The position numbers were made by a program, and so were the translations under genes. Shown here piece after piece: positions 48,305 to 57,995 of a stretch of 64,000 bases of DNA (positions are counted from its first letter, which is position 1; every line of letters begins with the position of its first letter). The DNA comes from Bacteroidota bacterium (lineage in GTDB: Bacteria > Bacteroidota > Bacteroidia > Bacteroidales > UBA7960): contig RECE01000212.1 of assembly GCA_007694165.1 (NCBI GenBank), positions 29,505 through 93,504 of the forward strand. The letters are read 5' to 3'. The notes under the pieces are model-generated. The model saw nothing but the letters and a program-made list of their open reading frames with translations, was not told the origin of the DNA and searched no databases.

Positions 48305-49504
48305 ATGAAAACAATTCAATTCACTAAAAAATCAGGAATTGTCCGGCTGACAATACTTCTGGCTGGAATTCTTCTGGTTGCAGCCTGCAGCCCGGTAGCC
48401 AGAGTTACGGCGCCTGCAGCATATACTATGCACGAGTCTGGAATTGAGTATCTGATTCTCAAAAAGGGCGAAGGAAAAAATGTTTCCATCAATGATGTGG
48501 TCTACGTTCACTATACCCTTTTGCTTGAAGATAGTACCAGGATCGACAGCAGCTACGAAAGAGGTGAGCCGGTTTCATTTAAAATAGGATCGGGTCAGGT
48601 AATTAAAGGCTGGGATATAGCCATGCCATTTTTTTCTGAGGGTGATGAAGCTATTTTGAGAATTCCCCCTGAATTGGGGTATGGAGATCAGCCAATGGGC
48701 AATATCCCCGAAAATTCAACGCTGGTTTTCAATGTGAAAATCATGAACGTTGTCCCGGCACCTGAACCCTTTGAGGTTGCTGAGTCAATACCTGTTGAAC
48801 AAAGTACGAGTGGTTTGCGCTGGAGCATTGTAAAAAAAGGCAAAGGAAAGAAACTGGAATCGGGTATGAAAGTAAAAGTTCATTATACCGGCTTTTTTGA
48901 GGATATGGCCATGTTTGATTCTTCCCTGGAAAGAAATCAGCCCATTGAAATAACCCTGGGCAGAGGAATGGTTATCAGGGGCTGGGAAGAAGGATTGAGC
49001 TATTTGCGTGTAGGCGATAAAGCGAGGTTGTGGATACCTTACCAGCTTGCTTATGGTGAGCAGGGCAGAGGGCCTATCCCCGGCAGGGCTGACCTTATTT
49101 TCGATGTTGAAGTGATTGAAGCTTCTGAAATAGTAAGAGCCAAACCTTACAATGTGAAAGGAAAAGACACACTTGTTACCGATAGTGGGCTACGCTATAT
49201 TATCGTAAAAGAAGGAGTGGGCAACTATCCCGAACCGGGTGATATCGTAGAAGTTCATTACAGTGGTTACCTTTCCGATGGAACCCTTTTTGACTCCTCA
49301 GTAGAACGAGACCAACCCTTTAGGTTTGTTCTGGGGCAGGGTCAGGTTATCAGGGGCTGGGATGAAGGAGTAGCCCTGATGCGCCGGGGTGCAAAATACC
49401 GTTTTATCTTATCTCCTGAATTGGCTTATGGCGACAGGGGAACCGGCCCGATTCCTCCAGGATCCACACTTACTTTTGATGTAGAACTTTTAGAAATAGA
49501 ATAA
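48305..49504 (+). CDS. Triple-FKBP-domain peptidyl-prolyl isomerase lipoprotein
   Basis: 399 aa. The signal ends LVAAC. Three successive FKBP cores each carry VHYTG/VHYSG...FDSS...G.GQVI(K/R)GW...L(V/I/T)F(N/D)V. Confidence 0.8.
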   Translation: MKTIQFTKKSGIVRLTILLAGILLVAACSPVARVTAPAAYTMHESGIEYLILKKGEGKNVSINDVVYVHYTLLLEDSTRIDSSYERGEPVSFKIGSGQVIKGWDIAMPFFSEGDEAILRIPPELGYGDQPMGNIPENSTLVFNVKIMNVVPAPEPFEVAESIPVEQSTSGLRWSIVKKGKGKKLESGMKVKVHYTGFFEDMAMFDSSLERNQPIEITLGRGMVIRGWEEGLSYLRVGDKARLWIPYQLAYGEQGRGPIPGRADLIFDVEVIEASEIVRAKPYNVKGKDTLVTDSGLRYIIVKEGVGNYPEPGDIVEVHYSGYLSDGTLFDSSVERDQPFRFVLGQGQVIRGWDEGVALMRRGAKYRFILSPELAYGDRGTGPIPPGSTLTFDVELLEIE

Positions 49505-49520
49505 TTAAAAAATCCATTTT

Positions 49521-50399
49521 ATGACTATTTTACAAATAACCTGGGAGGCAAGCCCTGTAATTTTTTCGCTGGGTCCCCTCTCAGTAAGATGGTATGGTTT
49601 ATTCTGGGCTCTCTCCTTTTACCTGGGATACGAGATTGTATCACGAATTTTTAAAAAAGAGAATGTTGGCCAGCAGGAAATTGACAGTCTGCTGATACAT
49701 ATTGCCCTGGGTAGTGTGATTGGTGCAAGACTGGGGCATTGCTTTTTTTATGACTTTGACTATTATATTTCCAATCCCATTGAAATCCTTTTTATCTGGC
49801 AAGGAGGCCTGGCAAGCCACGGTGGGGCATTCGGTATTATTATTGCCGTTTTCAGGTATTACCGCAAGGTTTCCAGTAAACCCTTTTTATGGACTGCTGA
49901 CCGACTGCTTATTGTAATAGCCCTTGGGGCAATGTTTATAAGGCTTGGTAACTTGATGAACCATGAAATTTACGGGTACGTTACCGACCAGCCATGGGGA
50001 TTTAAATTTATACAGAATATTAACCAGTGGATGCAGGGTGCAGAGCCTGTTTTCACTCCTCCAGTGCATCCTACTGCCATTTATGAAGGTGCAGGATACC
50101 TTTTTATCTTTCTCTCCATGATGTGGTTGTATTTCAGGCAAATTAACCGTTTGTTTGAAGGCTTTATGACTGGCTATTTCCTCATTACCCTTTTTGTATG
50201 GAGATTTGTGGTGGAATATTGGAAAGAACCACAGGAAAGTATGACCGGAGGCTTTGTTTATGATGTGATGGGCTTTTTCGGCATCAATATGGGACAATTG
50301 TTAAGTGTCCCGATGATATTGCTGGGAATTGCGGTTTTGGTTTATTCCTTCAAATCCCGCAGGCCAGCCATCGAAAATGCGGCTTCAGGCAAAAAATGA
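49521..50399 (+). CDS. lgt: Prolipoprotein diacylglyceryl transferase
   Basis: 292 aa, polytopic. Motifs RWYGLFWALSF, GARLGHCFFY and GGLASHGG. Confidence 0.85.
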   Translation: MTILQITWEASPVIFSLGPLSVRWYGLFWALSFYLGYEIVSRIFKKENVGQQEIDSLLIHIALGSVIGARLGHCFFYDFDYYISNPIEILFIWQGGLASHGGAFGIIIAVFRYYRKVSSKPFLWTADRLLIVIALGAMFIRLGNLMNHEIYGYVTDQPWGFKFIQNINQWMQGAEPVFTPPVHPTAIYEGAGYLFIFLSMMWLYFRQINRLFEGFMTGYFLITLFVWRFVVEYWKEPQESMTGGFVYDVMGFFGINMGQLLSVPMILLGIAVLVYSFKSRRPAIENAASGKK

Positions 50400-50420
50400 C
50401 TCTGATTCTCTGTTAAAGAA

Positions 50421-51140
50421 TCAGTCTTGTTTATACAACAAAAAAACGCTCGGTTTCTTATGTAAATCGGGCGTTTGCTTTTTCCATTGAGCTATGCTTA
50501 ATGTTTTGATAAACTCATCAGGCATGCTTATCTCAGAGGCCATACATAGCAGCATTGAATCCTGACAATTGCTCAGTAAATCTGCTATCAAAGCATTATT
50601 TCTAAAAGGTGTTTCCATGAATATCTGCGTCTGCTGCCATTTTAAGACATTGTCTTGCAGCTCTCTGATTTTCTGCTGCCGGGCTTTCTTATCCAAGGGC
50701 AGATAGCCATGAAAAGTAAAACTCTGACCATTAAACCCTGAAGCAATCAGGGCCATGAGAATAGAACTTGGACCTACAAGGGGGATTACCCTGATATTTT
50801 TTTCGTGGGCCAGTTTAACTACTTTGTTACCAGGATCTGCAATGCATGGATTGCCAGCCTCCGATAGTAAACCAAGATCTTTTCCTTGATTCAGATTACT
50901 TAAAAAGCCCGGTATATCAAGATCACGGGTATGTTTGTCAAGTATGTGAAATGTTACTGTATCAAACTCTCTTTTGTATCCGATGCTTCGTAAAAACCTT
51001 CTGGCTGAACGAACATTTTCCACCACAAACTCATCAAGGGTTTCAATGATGGCTGAGTTAACTGAGGGAAGCAGATTTTGCGGATTTTCTCCTCCCAGTC
51101 CCACTGGAATAAGGTAAAGTTTTCCTTTAAGATGATCCAT
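50421..51140 (-). CDS. SAM-dependent methyltransferase of the tetrapyrrole-methylase fold (RsmI-like)
   Basis: 239 aa. The N-terminal GKLYLIPVGLG and LSEAGNPCIADPG motifs resemble RsmI-type rRNA 2'-O-methyltransferases. Confidence 0.6.
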   Translation of the reverse strand: MDHLKGKLYLIPVGLGGENPQNLLPSVNSAIIETLDEFVVENVRSARRFLRSIGYKREFDTVTFHILDKHTRDLDIPGFLSNLNQGKDLGLLSEAGNPCIADPGNKVVKLAHEKNIRVIPLVGPSSILMALIASGFNGQSFTFHGYLPLDKKARQQKIRELQDNVLKWQQTQIFMETPFRNNALIADLLSNCQDSMLLCMASEISMPDEFIKTLSIAQWKKQTPDLHKKPSVFLLYKQD

Positions 51141-51173
51141 GGCTTTGCTAAGTTATTGTTGCTGAGTGTTATT

Positions 51174-52154
51174 TTATAAGTTCCAGGGTAGATTTTTCAG
51201 ATCTGTATTGCCACCTGAAAACACTACTGCTACTTTCTTATTGCGGAATAGTTCCTTGTTTTCAAGTACCGCTGCCAGGGGTACTGCTGCAGAAGGCTCA
51301 ATTACAATTTTCATACGCTCCCATACAAGATACATGGCATTGACTATACTCTCTTCCGAAACGGTGAGAATATCAGATACGTTGTCTCTTATCACGGGCC
51401 AGGTAATTGATCCCAGTGATGTTTTAAGGCCGTCAGCAATGGTTTGAGGGTTTTCAGATGGAATGAAAGTTCCTGCCTTCAATGATTGCCAGGCATCGTT
51501 GGCCATTATGGGTTCAGCACCAATTACTTTGGTTCGCGAAGCAAAATACCGGGCTGCCAAAATGGTACCAGATAATAAACCACCACCTCCCACGGGAGTG
51601 ATTATATAATCCGGCGCTGTTTTCAACTGCTGCAACAACTCGTAGAAACAAGTTGCCTGCCCCTCAATTACATCGATGTTATTATAAGGATGTATAAACT
51701 CTGCTCCGGTTTCCTGCTGTACTTTTTCCAGGGTACTTTCCCTGGCTTGCAGGGTAGGTTCACAGAAAGTGATATTTCCATTGTATCCATTCACTGCATC
51801 CACTTTAACCTGGGGCGCATTGGCGGGCATTACGATATAAGCGGCTATACCCTGGGTTTTGGCTGCCAGGGCCAGTGCCTGGGCATGATTTCCCGAGGAG
51901 TGGGTGCAAACTCCTTTTGACGCCTGCAAGGGTGTTAGTTTCAAAATGGCATTGGTAGCCCCTCTGTATTTGAATGCTCCGGCTTTCTGCAGATTCTCAC
52001 ACTTAAACACCAATGATGCACCACTTAAATCGTCTAAAGTAGTGCAAGTCAGTAACGGCGTTCGCTTTACATATTCAGAAATTCTTTTATTGGCCGAATC
52101 AATGTCCGTTGCCCCGGGCAAGGGAGCGTTGTAATTTTCTATCTCGTTACCCAT
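51174..52154 (-). CDS. PLP-dependent serine/threonine dehydratase-family enzyme
   Basis: Trimmed to the ATG at 52154 (MGNEIENYNAP...). FKCENLQKAGAFKYRGA carries the PLP lysine. Also SSGNHAQA and GGGGLLSG motifs. Confidence 0.75.
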   Translation of the reverse strand: MGNEIENYNAPLPGATDIDSANKRISEYVKRTPLLTCTTLDDLSGASLVFKCENLQKAGAFKYRGATNAILKLTPLQASKGVCTHSSGNHAQALALAAKTQGIAAYIVMPANAPQVKVDAVNGYNGNITFCEPTLQARESTLEKVQQETGAEFIHPYNNIDVIEGQATCFYELLQQLKTAPDYIITPVGGGGLLSGTILAARYFASRTKVIGAEPIMANDAWQSLKAGTFIPSENPQTIADGLKTSLGSITWPVIRDNVSDILTVSEESIVNAMYLVWERMKIVIEPSAAVPLAAVLENKELFRNKKVAVVFSGGNTDLKNLPWNL

Positions 52155-52273
52155 GTTTTTATGTTTGTCTGAGCTATCTGAAGGACATGTTAATACACAT
52201 AAGAGCCAACCTTGATGAGCTGCCTGTGAATTGTTTATAATCAATCGCTGGTATGTTCACCGGAGGGAGTATT

Positions 52274-52747
52274 TTAATTGTTTTTAGTTGCGATTTCTGA
52301 GGCAATTTTCTCGCATGCTTTGTCAAGCATATCAAAAACCTTATCAAAACCATCTTTCCCACCATAATAAGGATCAGGAACAGATTTATCCTCTCCCGGA
52401 TGCACTTTGTTGAGAATCATTTCAACCTTTTCTTTATCCTCCGGAGTTTGTGCAAGAGCAATCAGATTTGAATAATTTGAGTCATCCATCGCGAAAATCT
52501 TGTCAAAGCGTTCGAAATCGTCACTTCTGAATTTTCTGGCTCGCTGATCCGAGATATCAATCCCATTTTTCAAGGCCACCTCCATTGAACGTGAATCGGG
52601 GTATTCTCCGGCATGGTAGGCGGCAGTTCCGGCAGAATCTACCTTTATTTGCAAATTGTATTTTTTGGCTTTTTCTTTCATAATTCCTTCTGCCAGGGGA
52701 GATCGGCAAATATTGCCCAGGCAAACCATCAGAATATTCATATGCAT
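52274..52747 (-). CDS. Low-molecular-weight protein-tyrosine phosphatase
   Basis: 157 aa. CLGNICRSP P-loop and a downstream DP (VPDPYYG) motif. Confidence 0.85.
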   Translation of the reverse strand: MHMNILMVCLGNICRSPLAEGIMKEKAKKYNLQIKVDSAGTAAYHAGEYPDSRSMEVALKNGIDISDQRARKFRSDDFERFDKIFAMDDSNYSNLIALAQTPEDKEKVEMILNKVHPGEDKSVPDPYYGGKDGFDKVFDMLDKACEKIASEIATKNN

Positions 52748-52855
52748 GACATTTTTAAGGTTACTGTTTTTTCTTTGAATGTAAAAATAAAAAAAAACCG
52801 GAGAATCAAAAATGATTATCCGGATAATTCGGTTAAAGGTCAGGAGAGAATCATT

Positions 52856-54298
52856 TTACATTTTTACTTTTAGCATATTTTCAAGTTCATCAAAATGCTT
52901 TTTAAAATCCCTGTCGGTATCATATAAGTTTTTCACTGTTTTGCAGGCATGCAATACAGTAGCATGATCCTTTTTCCCCAGTTTACTTCCAATGGCAGCA
53001 AGGGAGTGCTTGGTGTAGGCTTTGGAAAAAAACATGGCCAGTTGTCGTGCCTGAACAATCTCTCTTTTCCTGGTGCTGGAAGTGATTTTGTCTATAGGAA
53101 TGTTGAAATATTCTCCCACAGTGCTTTGTATGTGTTCAATGGTGATTTCACGTGGCGTGCTTTTAACAAATTTCTGAATAACGCTGCTGGCCAGTTCTAT
53201 ATTGATTTCTTTTTTGTTCATGGAAGATTGCGCCAGGATAGAAATCATGGCACCTTCCATTTCTCTGATGTTGGTATCAATACTGCTGGCTATGAGTTCT
53301 ATTACATTGGCAGGCATTTCCACACCGTCGTTGTACATTTTTTTTCGCAGAATGGCAATACGGGTCTCCAGATCAGGAATCTGCAAATCAGCTGAAAGTC
53401 CCCACTTAAACCTTGATAGCAGCCTGGGTTCAATACCCTTCATTTCTACGGGGGGCTGATCGGAGGTAATGATTATTTGCTTGCTGTTTTGATGTAACTG
53501 ATTGAAAATGTGAAAGAATACATCCTGGGTTTTGGGTTTGCCTGCCAATGAATGGATATCATCAACAATCAAAACATCAATCATCTGATAAAAATGGATA
53601 AAGTCGTTTTGATTGGAGTTTCTTACAGCATCAATAAACTGATTGGTGAATTGCTCACAAGAAACATACAGAACCGTTTTATCAGGAAAATTATTTTTTA
53701 CTTCAATGCCAATAGCATGAGCCAGGTGGGTTTTACCCAAACCGCTGGAACTGTATAAAAGAAGAGGATTGAAAGAGGTTTTGCCTGGATTTTGCCCTAC
53801 AGCAATACCTGCACTTCGGGCAAGCCGGTTGCAATCACCCTGAACAAAGTTTTCAAAATTGTACGACTCAATCAACTGAGGGTGAATGTTCAGTTTTTTC
53901 AACCCGGGAATGATAAAAGGGTTGGGAACAGACTTGCCACTATCTCTATTTAAATCTAAAGGCATAGTTACCGGTGGATTTTTCAGTGCTCTTCTGTTTA
54001 ATGTTGGTGCATTTATGGTGTAAGGTTGCGTATGGTTATATGCACTGTCCATAACTATACTGTATTCGAGTCGTCCATCAACACCTAATTCCTTCTTAAT
54101 GGTTTTCCGCAATAGCTCTATGTAATGTTCCTCAAGCCATTCATAGAAGAACTGACTGGGAACCTGAATGGTTAAAACGTTGTTAATCAGCTTAACAGGC
54201 TTGATGGGGGCAAACCATGTGTTGAAACTATTCTGTGGAATATTATCTTTAATAACGTTTAAACATTTTGACCAAATTAAATCATACGTGTTGTCCAT
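52856..54298 (-). CDS. dnaA: Chromosomal replication initiator protein DnaA
   Basis: 480 aa. AAA+ Walker A (SSGLGKTHLAHA), Walker B (LIVDDIH), and domain IV with the KKDHATVLHACK motif. Confidence 0.92.
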   Translation of the reverse strand: MDNTYDLIWSKCLNVIKDNIPQNSFNTWFAPIKPVKLINNVLTIQVPSQFFYEWLEEHYIELLRKTIKKELGVDGRLEYSIVMDSAYNHTQPYTINAPTLNRRALKNPPVTMPLDLNRDSGKSVPNPFIIPGLKKLNIHPQLIESYNFENFVQGDCNRLARSAGIAVGQNPGKTSFNPLLLYSSSGLGKTHLAHAIGIEVKNNFPDKTVLYVSCEQFTNQFIDAVRNSNQNDFIHFYQMIDVLIVDDIHSLAGKPKTQDVFFHIFNQLHQNSKQIIITSDQPPVEMKGIEPRLLSRFKWGLSADLQIPDLETRIAILRKKMYNDGVEMPANVIELIASSIDTNIREMEGAMISILAQSSMNKKEINIELASSVIQKFVKSTPREITIEHIQSTVGEYFNIPIDKITSSTRKREIVQARQLAMFFSKAYTKHSLAAIGSKLGKKDHATVLHACKTVKNLYDTDRDFKKHFDELENMLKVKM

Positions 54299-54440
54299 CT
54301 CTAAAAAATAATCAAAATTCGTTGTGGTTATTACTCTGATTTTCTCTTCAGGGTTGATTTACAGTGCTATGGATTTTGTCAATACCTCCCCCAATTGTTT
54401 CAACAAAAATTGCAAAAAAAAAGTTAATAAAAAAGTGTTA

Positions 54441-55379
54441 CTACGCTTGATTATTAAAAATATTTGTTGTATTGCTTTCGACGAAAGTTTCGCTGTTTTT
54501 TTTGTTAAAGTACAGATCCATACGACCTAATCGAACACCGGCATACCCTGTTTGTCCAATGTGAACTTTTTTACCTGCGGCGTTTTCTATTTTAGCGGGA
54601 GGATCGAGTAAAGTATGGGTATGTCCACCCAAAATGATGTCTGTATACCTTGTTTTACGGGCTATTACAACATCACTTACTTTTCCTGTTTCATATTCAT
54701 AACCCAGATGTGAAAGGCAGATAATGATATCGCAACCTAACTCTTCCTTGAGCAAACGTTCAACCCTGCGCGCAACATCAACGGGATCGACATAAAGTGT
54801 TTCTGCGTATAAGTTTCTTCCTACCAGACCTTCCAGTTCAATGCCCAGTCCGTAAAGTCCGATTTTAAGATCTCCCTTTTCCATTACCTTGTATGGCATG
54901 GTTTTGCCATGCAGGATGGTTGCGGAAAAGTCGTAATTTGAAATGACAAAAGGAAAACCTGCATGGGGCAATACTTCCAGAAATCCATCCAGTCCATTGT
55001 CAAACTCATGATTGCCCATGGTAGCTGCATCGTATCCCATTTTAGTCATGAGCATTAGCTCGGGCTCTCCTCCATAAACATTAAAATAAGGTGTACCCTG
55101 GAAAATATCTCCTGCATCCAGCAGCAAAACATGGGGGGTGGTTTGTCTTATCTGGCTGATTACTGCCGCCCGACGGGCATATCCTCCCATATTGGGATAG
55201 TTGGGATCATTGGCAGGGTAGGGATCAATTCGGCTGTGCGTATCATTGGTGTGAAGAATACAAAGATGACTTATTTTTTCCTGGCCATAGGCCAGCAAAG
55301 GCAGTCCTGCCCCTAATGAAATACCTGCAATTAGAGAGGTTTTGGCAAATGTACGTCTGTTGATTTGATTCAATGTCAT
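54441..55379 (-). CDS. Metallophosphoesterase domain of a split 5'-nucleotidase (UshA N-half), Tat-type signal
   Basis: 312 aa. MTLNQINRRTFAKTSLIAGISLGAGLPLLA has a twin-arginine motif. Also HTNDTHS, DAGD, GNHEFD and GGHTH metallophosphatase motifs. Confidence 0.8.
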   Translation of the reverse strand: MTLNQINRRTFAKTSLIAGISLGAGLPLLAYGQEKISHLCILHTNDTHSRIDPYPANDPNYPNMGGYARRAAVISQIRQTTPHVLLLDAGDIFQGTPYFNVYGGEPELMLMTKMGYDAATMGNHEFDNGLDGFLEVLPHAGFPFVISNYDFSATILHGKTMPYKVMEKGDLKIGLYGLGIELEGLVGRNLYAETLYVDPVDVARRVERLLKEELGCDIIICLSHLGYEYETGKVSDVVIARKTRYTDIILGGHTHTLLDPPAKIENAAGKKVHIGQTGYAGVRLGRMDLYFNKKNSETFVESNTTNIFNNQA

Positions 55380-55468
55380 GCTAAACTTTTCCTTTCTGAA
55401 TTAAAGGTTTGTATGAAACTTGAATAAAAAAAAAGCACCCGGCAAGGTGTTTTGTTACTCAAACTTAA

Positions 55469-56245
55469 TTATTGGGCATAAGAAATACGCTGATCCAATT
55501 CGGCGCTGATTTTCTCTCCTCTTGCATTTACATTTTGCATATGCAATATAATGGCATCACGTACACGCTTGCCGAGCAGTTCATAATTCAGCGGTTGAAG
55601 GAAAAAACTCATGGAGTCACCGCCTCCGGCAAGATAATCTGAGGTAAGGATTTTATACGTTCGATTGCTATCAAATTCCTGGCTCTGAATAAGAATGCTC
55701 TCCGGGGCCTCATTGTTTATAATGAGTTTAACACCGGAAACAGGCATACCGCGGGATGCCACTGCAAGATATTCGAAAAGTTGAAATGTTTTTTCACCGC
55801 TAAGGGTTATTACAACCATCTCGTTCTCAAAGGGAAGAAGTTCAAACACTCTTCCATAGGTTATTTCACCTTCAGGCAGAGGAACCCGGAGTCCACCATA
55901 ATTAAGCAGACAAAAATCTATGGGTTTGCCATCCTGAGGCTGGTAAATATCCTGGCCTATGTCCAGGACAAGGTCAGCTACAAAATTGTTTAAGGTACCT
56001 TCAGGTGTTCCTCTCTCCATTACATGCTCAGAATACACCAATACTCTGTTCATATCTGCCTCCAGACTTTCTCTGTATTGGTGGATTAATTCCTCTTGTA
56101 AGCTGTCCTTGACGGGAGCATTTACAGAATCTAACAGGATGGTATGACCTTCAAGAGTAAACTCTTTGGAACGATCTGTACAACCAGTAAGTATAAGCAG
56201 GAACAATGCAAATAAAAGTACTTCAACTTTGCTTCTTGTAATCAT
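55469..56245 (-). CDS. 5'-nucleotidase C-terminal (substrate-binding) domain lipoprotein
   Basis: Trimmed to the ATG at 56245 (MITRSKVEVLLFALFLLILTGC). LNNFVADL, NYGGLR and DYLAGGGD motifs are typical of the 5_nucleotid_C domain. Confidence 0.75.
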   Translation of the reverse strand: MITRSKVEVLLFALFLLILTGCTDRSKEFTLEGHTILLDSVNAPVKDSLQEELIHQYRESLEADMNRVLVYSEHVMERGTPEGTLNNFVADLVLDIGQDIYQPQDGKPIDFCLLNYGGLRVPLPEGEITYGRVFELLPFENEMVVITLSGEKTFQLFEYLAVASRGMPVSGVKLIINNEAPESILIQSQEFDSNRTYKILTSDYLAGGGDSMSFFLQPLNYELLGKRVRDAIILHMQNVNARGEKISAELDQRISYAQ

Positions 56246-56478
56246 TACATTTTTTTTTGGAAAAAACAGCATCACAATAATAAGCTTATTTACTGTAAAA
56301 AACAATTAAAAAACGTATCTTCCTCTTATTTAAACTCATTTTACACAAGGATGTTTTAATGAGAGAAAAAAATAGTTTAATTGGTTGCTTTACAGGGTTT
56401 TGTCTTCAAAAGAGGCAATTTGCTGCTATTCAGAGCAATGCAAAATTCAAGGTCGCAAAGCTGCCCCCAAAGCAATGT

Positions 56479-57090
56479 CTAAGTAGTATATTTATATGTA
56501 ATTGTCAGTCCGTAGATAGACGAAAAAATCTCTTTTACACTGTCAGCAGAATTTCTTCTTACGGCAAAAAGAATCTTGCATGACAGGGTAAAATCATGAG
56601 ATATTTGCTCCAGATCGTGTTCTTTTAATACCCTCATCACTTCGTTCATCAGCGGGTAATCAAATCCCAGTTCATATACTTCTCTGATAATTTTTTCCTC
56701 TGTTTCATTATTTGCAATTGCTTCCTGGGCTGCAGCTTTGTAAGCATTGATAAGTCCTCTTACACCAAGTTTTACGCCGCCAAAGTAGCGAATGACAACA
56801 ATAAGAATATTGGTAAGATCATGAGAGAGAATCTGTCCGTAAATAGGTTTGCCGGCAGTTCCTGAAGGCTCACCGTCGTCATTTATTCTGAAAGCATCCC
56901 GTACCGGGCCCAGGGCGTATGCATAGCAATGATGCCGGGCATCGTAATATTTTTTCCTGAGTTCCTGCAGGTGTTCTTTTATTTCCTCTTCGCTGACTAC
57001 AGGAATAGCATAAGCAATAAACTTACTGCCTTTGTCCTTATACAGTCCTTCACTTTGGGTTTTTATTGTTTTGAAAGTATCTTCAAACAT
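56479..57090 (-). CDS. yigZ: YigZ / IMPACT family protein
   Basis: 203 aa. Motifs GSKFIAYAIPV, ARHHCYAY and DDGEPSGTAG. Confidence 0.8.
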   Translation of the reverse strand: MFEDTFKTIKTQSEGLYKDKGSKFIAYAIPVVSEEEIKEHLQELRKKYYDARHHCYAYALGPVRDAFRINDDGEPSGTAGKPIYGQILSHDLTNILIVVIRYFGGVKLGVRGLINAYKAAAQEAIANNETEEKIIREVYELGFDYPLMNEVMRVLKEHDLEQISHDFTLSCKILFAVRRNSADSVKEIFSSIYGLTITYKYTT

Positions 57091-57130
57091 CTATTAAACT
57101 TTAATTGAAATTAGGTTTTATTTCGGATAC

Positions 57131-57985
57131 TTATGCAATTGCTATAAATAAAATGGTAAGTATTGCCAGAAAAATTCCCAGCCAGTTTGCTGGTAATAGT
57201 TTTTCCCTGAAAATCAACCAGCCAATGAGTGCACCCATGCTTACCACACTAACGTTGAAAACCGGAAAGAATACTGAACTTTCAAATATGGCGAGGCTTT
57301 TAAGAAAAAACAAGGTAGAACTGAAATTAAACACCCCAAGTATTGTTCCGGCAAATATGTTACGAAAACTCAGTTTGCCGGAAGGGCCAGTCATTTTCGA
57401 CACCCATGCTATCATACCAATTACAAGCGACAAGGCGAAGATAGTTCCCAGAAACAACAGGTACTCATTTCCTACATGAAATTTCTGAGCGTGTTTCATT
57501 ACACTGTCATTACTGCCAGTTCCAAGGAAAAGAATAAGTGGAAGCAACCAGTACCTTTTATCAGTTCGTTCCTTTTGCCGTCCGGAAAAAACCAGGTAAA
57601 ATGCAGGGAAAGCGGTAACAATACCCAGGGCTTTAGGAATATTAAGACTGTCTCCATACAAAATTATCCCAATACTCACCGGAATTATCACCGACATTTT
57701 GCTTGCAACAGCCGTGACAGCTACCCCTGCTTTTTGAGCAGAACGAGCAAAAACAAAAAACACCAGGATAAACAAAAAACTGTTGATAACTGCCCATCCA
57801 AACCAGGGTTTATAGATCAAATCAATCGGAGTGAAACTCTGGCCGTATGCTATATAAGAAAGGATGGCGGCTGCCAGGTAATTAAAGGTAATGGCTTGCA
57901 GGTTATCAATCTTAAGGATGATAAAAAGCCTGAAAGTGACAATAATGCAGGATGAAAAAAATATGGCAAGGATGATATTTTCCAT
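57131..57985 (-). CDS. EamA/DMT family transporter
   Basis: Trimmed to the ATG at 57985 (MENIILAIFFSS...), which removes the overlap with ribD. About 10 hydrophobic helices. Confidence 0.65.
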   Translation of the reverse strand: MENIILAIFFSSCIIVTFRLFIILKIDNLQAITFNYLAAAILSYIAYGQSFTPIDLIYKPWFGWAVINSFLFILVFFVFARSAQKAGVAVTAVASKMSVIIPVSIGIILYGDSLNIPKALGIVTAFPAFYLVFSGRQKERTDKRYWLLPLILFLGTGSNDSVMKHAQKFHVGNEYLLFLGTIFALSLVIGMIAWVSKMTGPSGKLSFRNIFAGTILGVFNFSSTLFFLKSLAIFESSVFFPVFNVSVVSMGALIGWLIFREKLLPANWLGIFLAILTILFIAIA

Positions 57986-57995
57986 TCCTGCAAAA

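Noticed and set aside
56359-56583. 74-aa plus-strand ORF between the nucleotidase and yigZ genes
   Set aside because: It overlaps the yigZ 3' end on the opposite strand and has no recognisable features.
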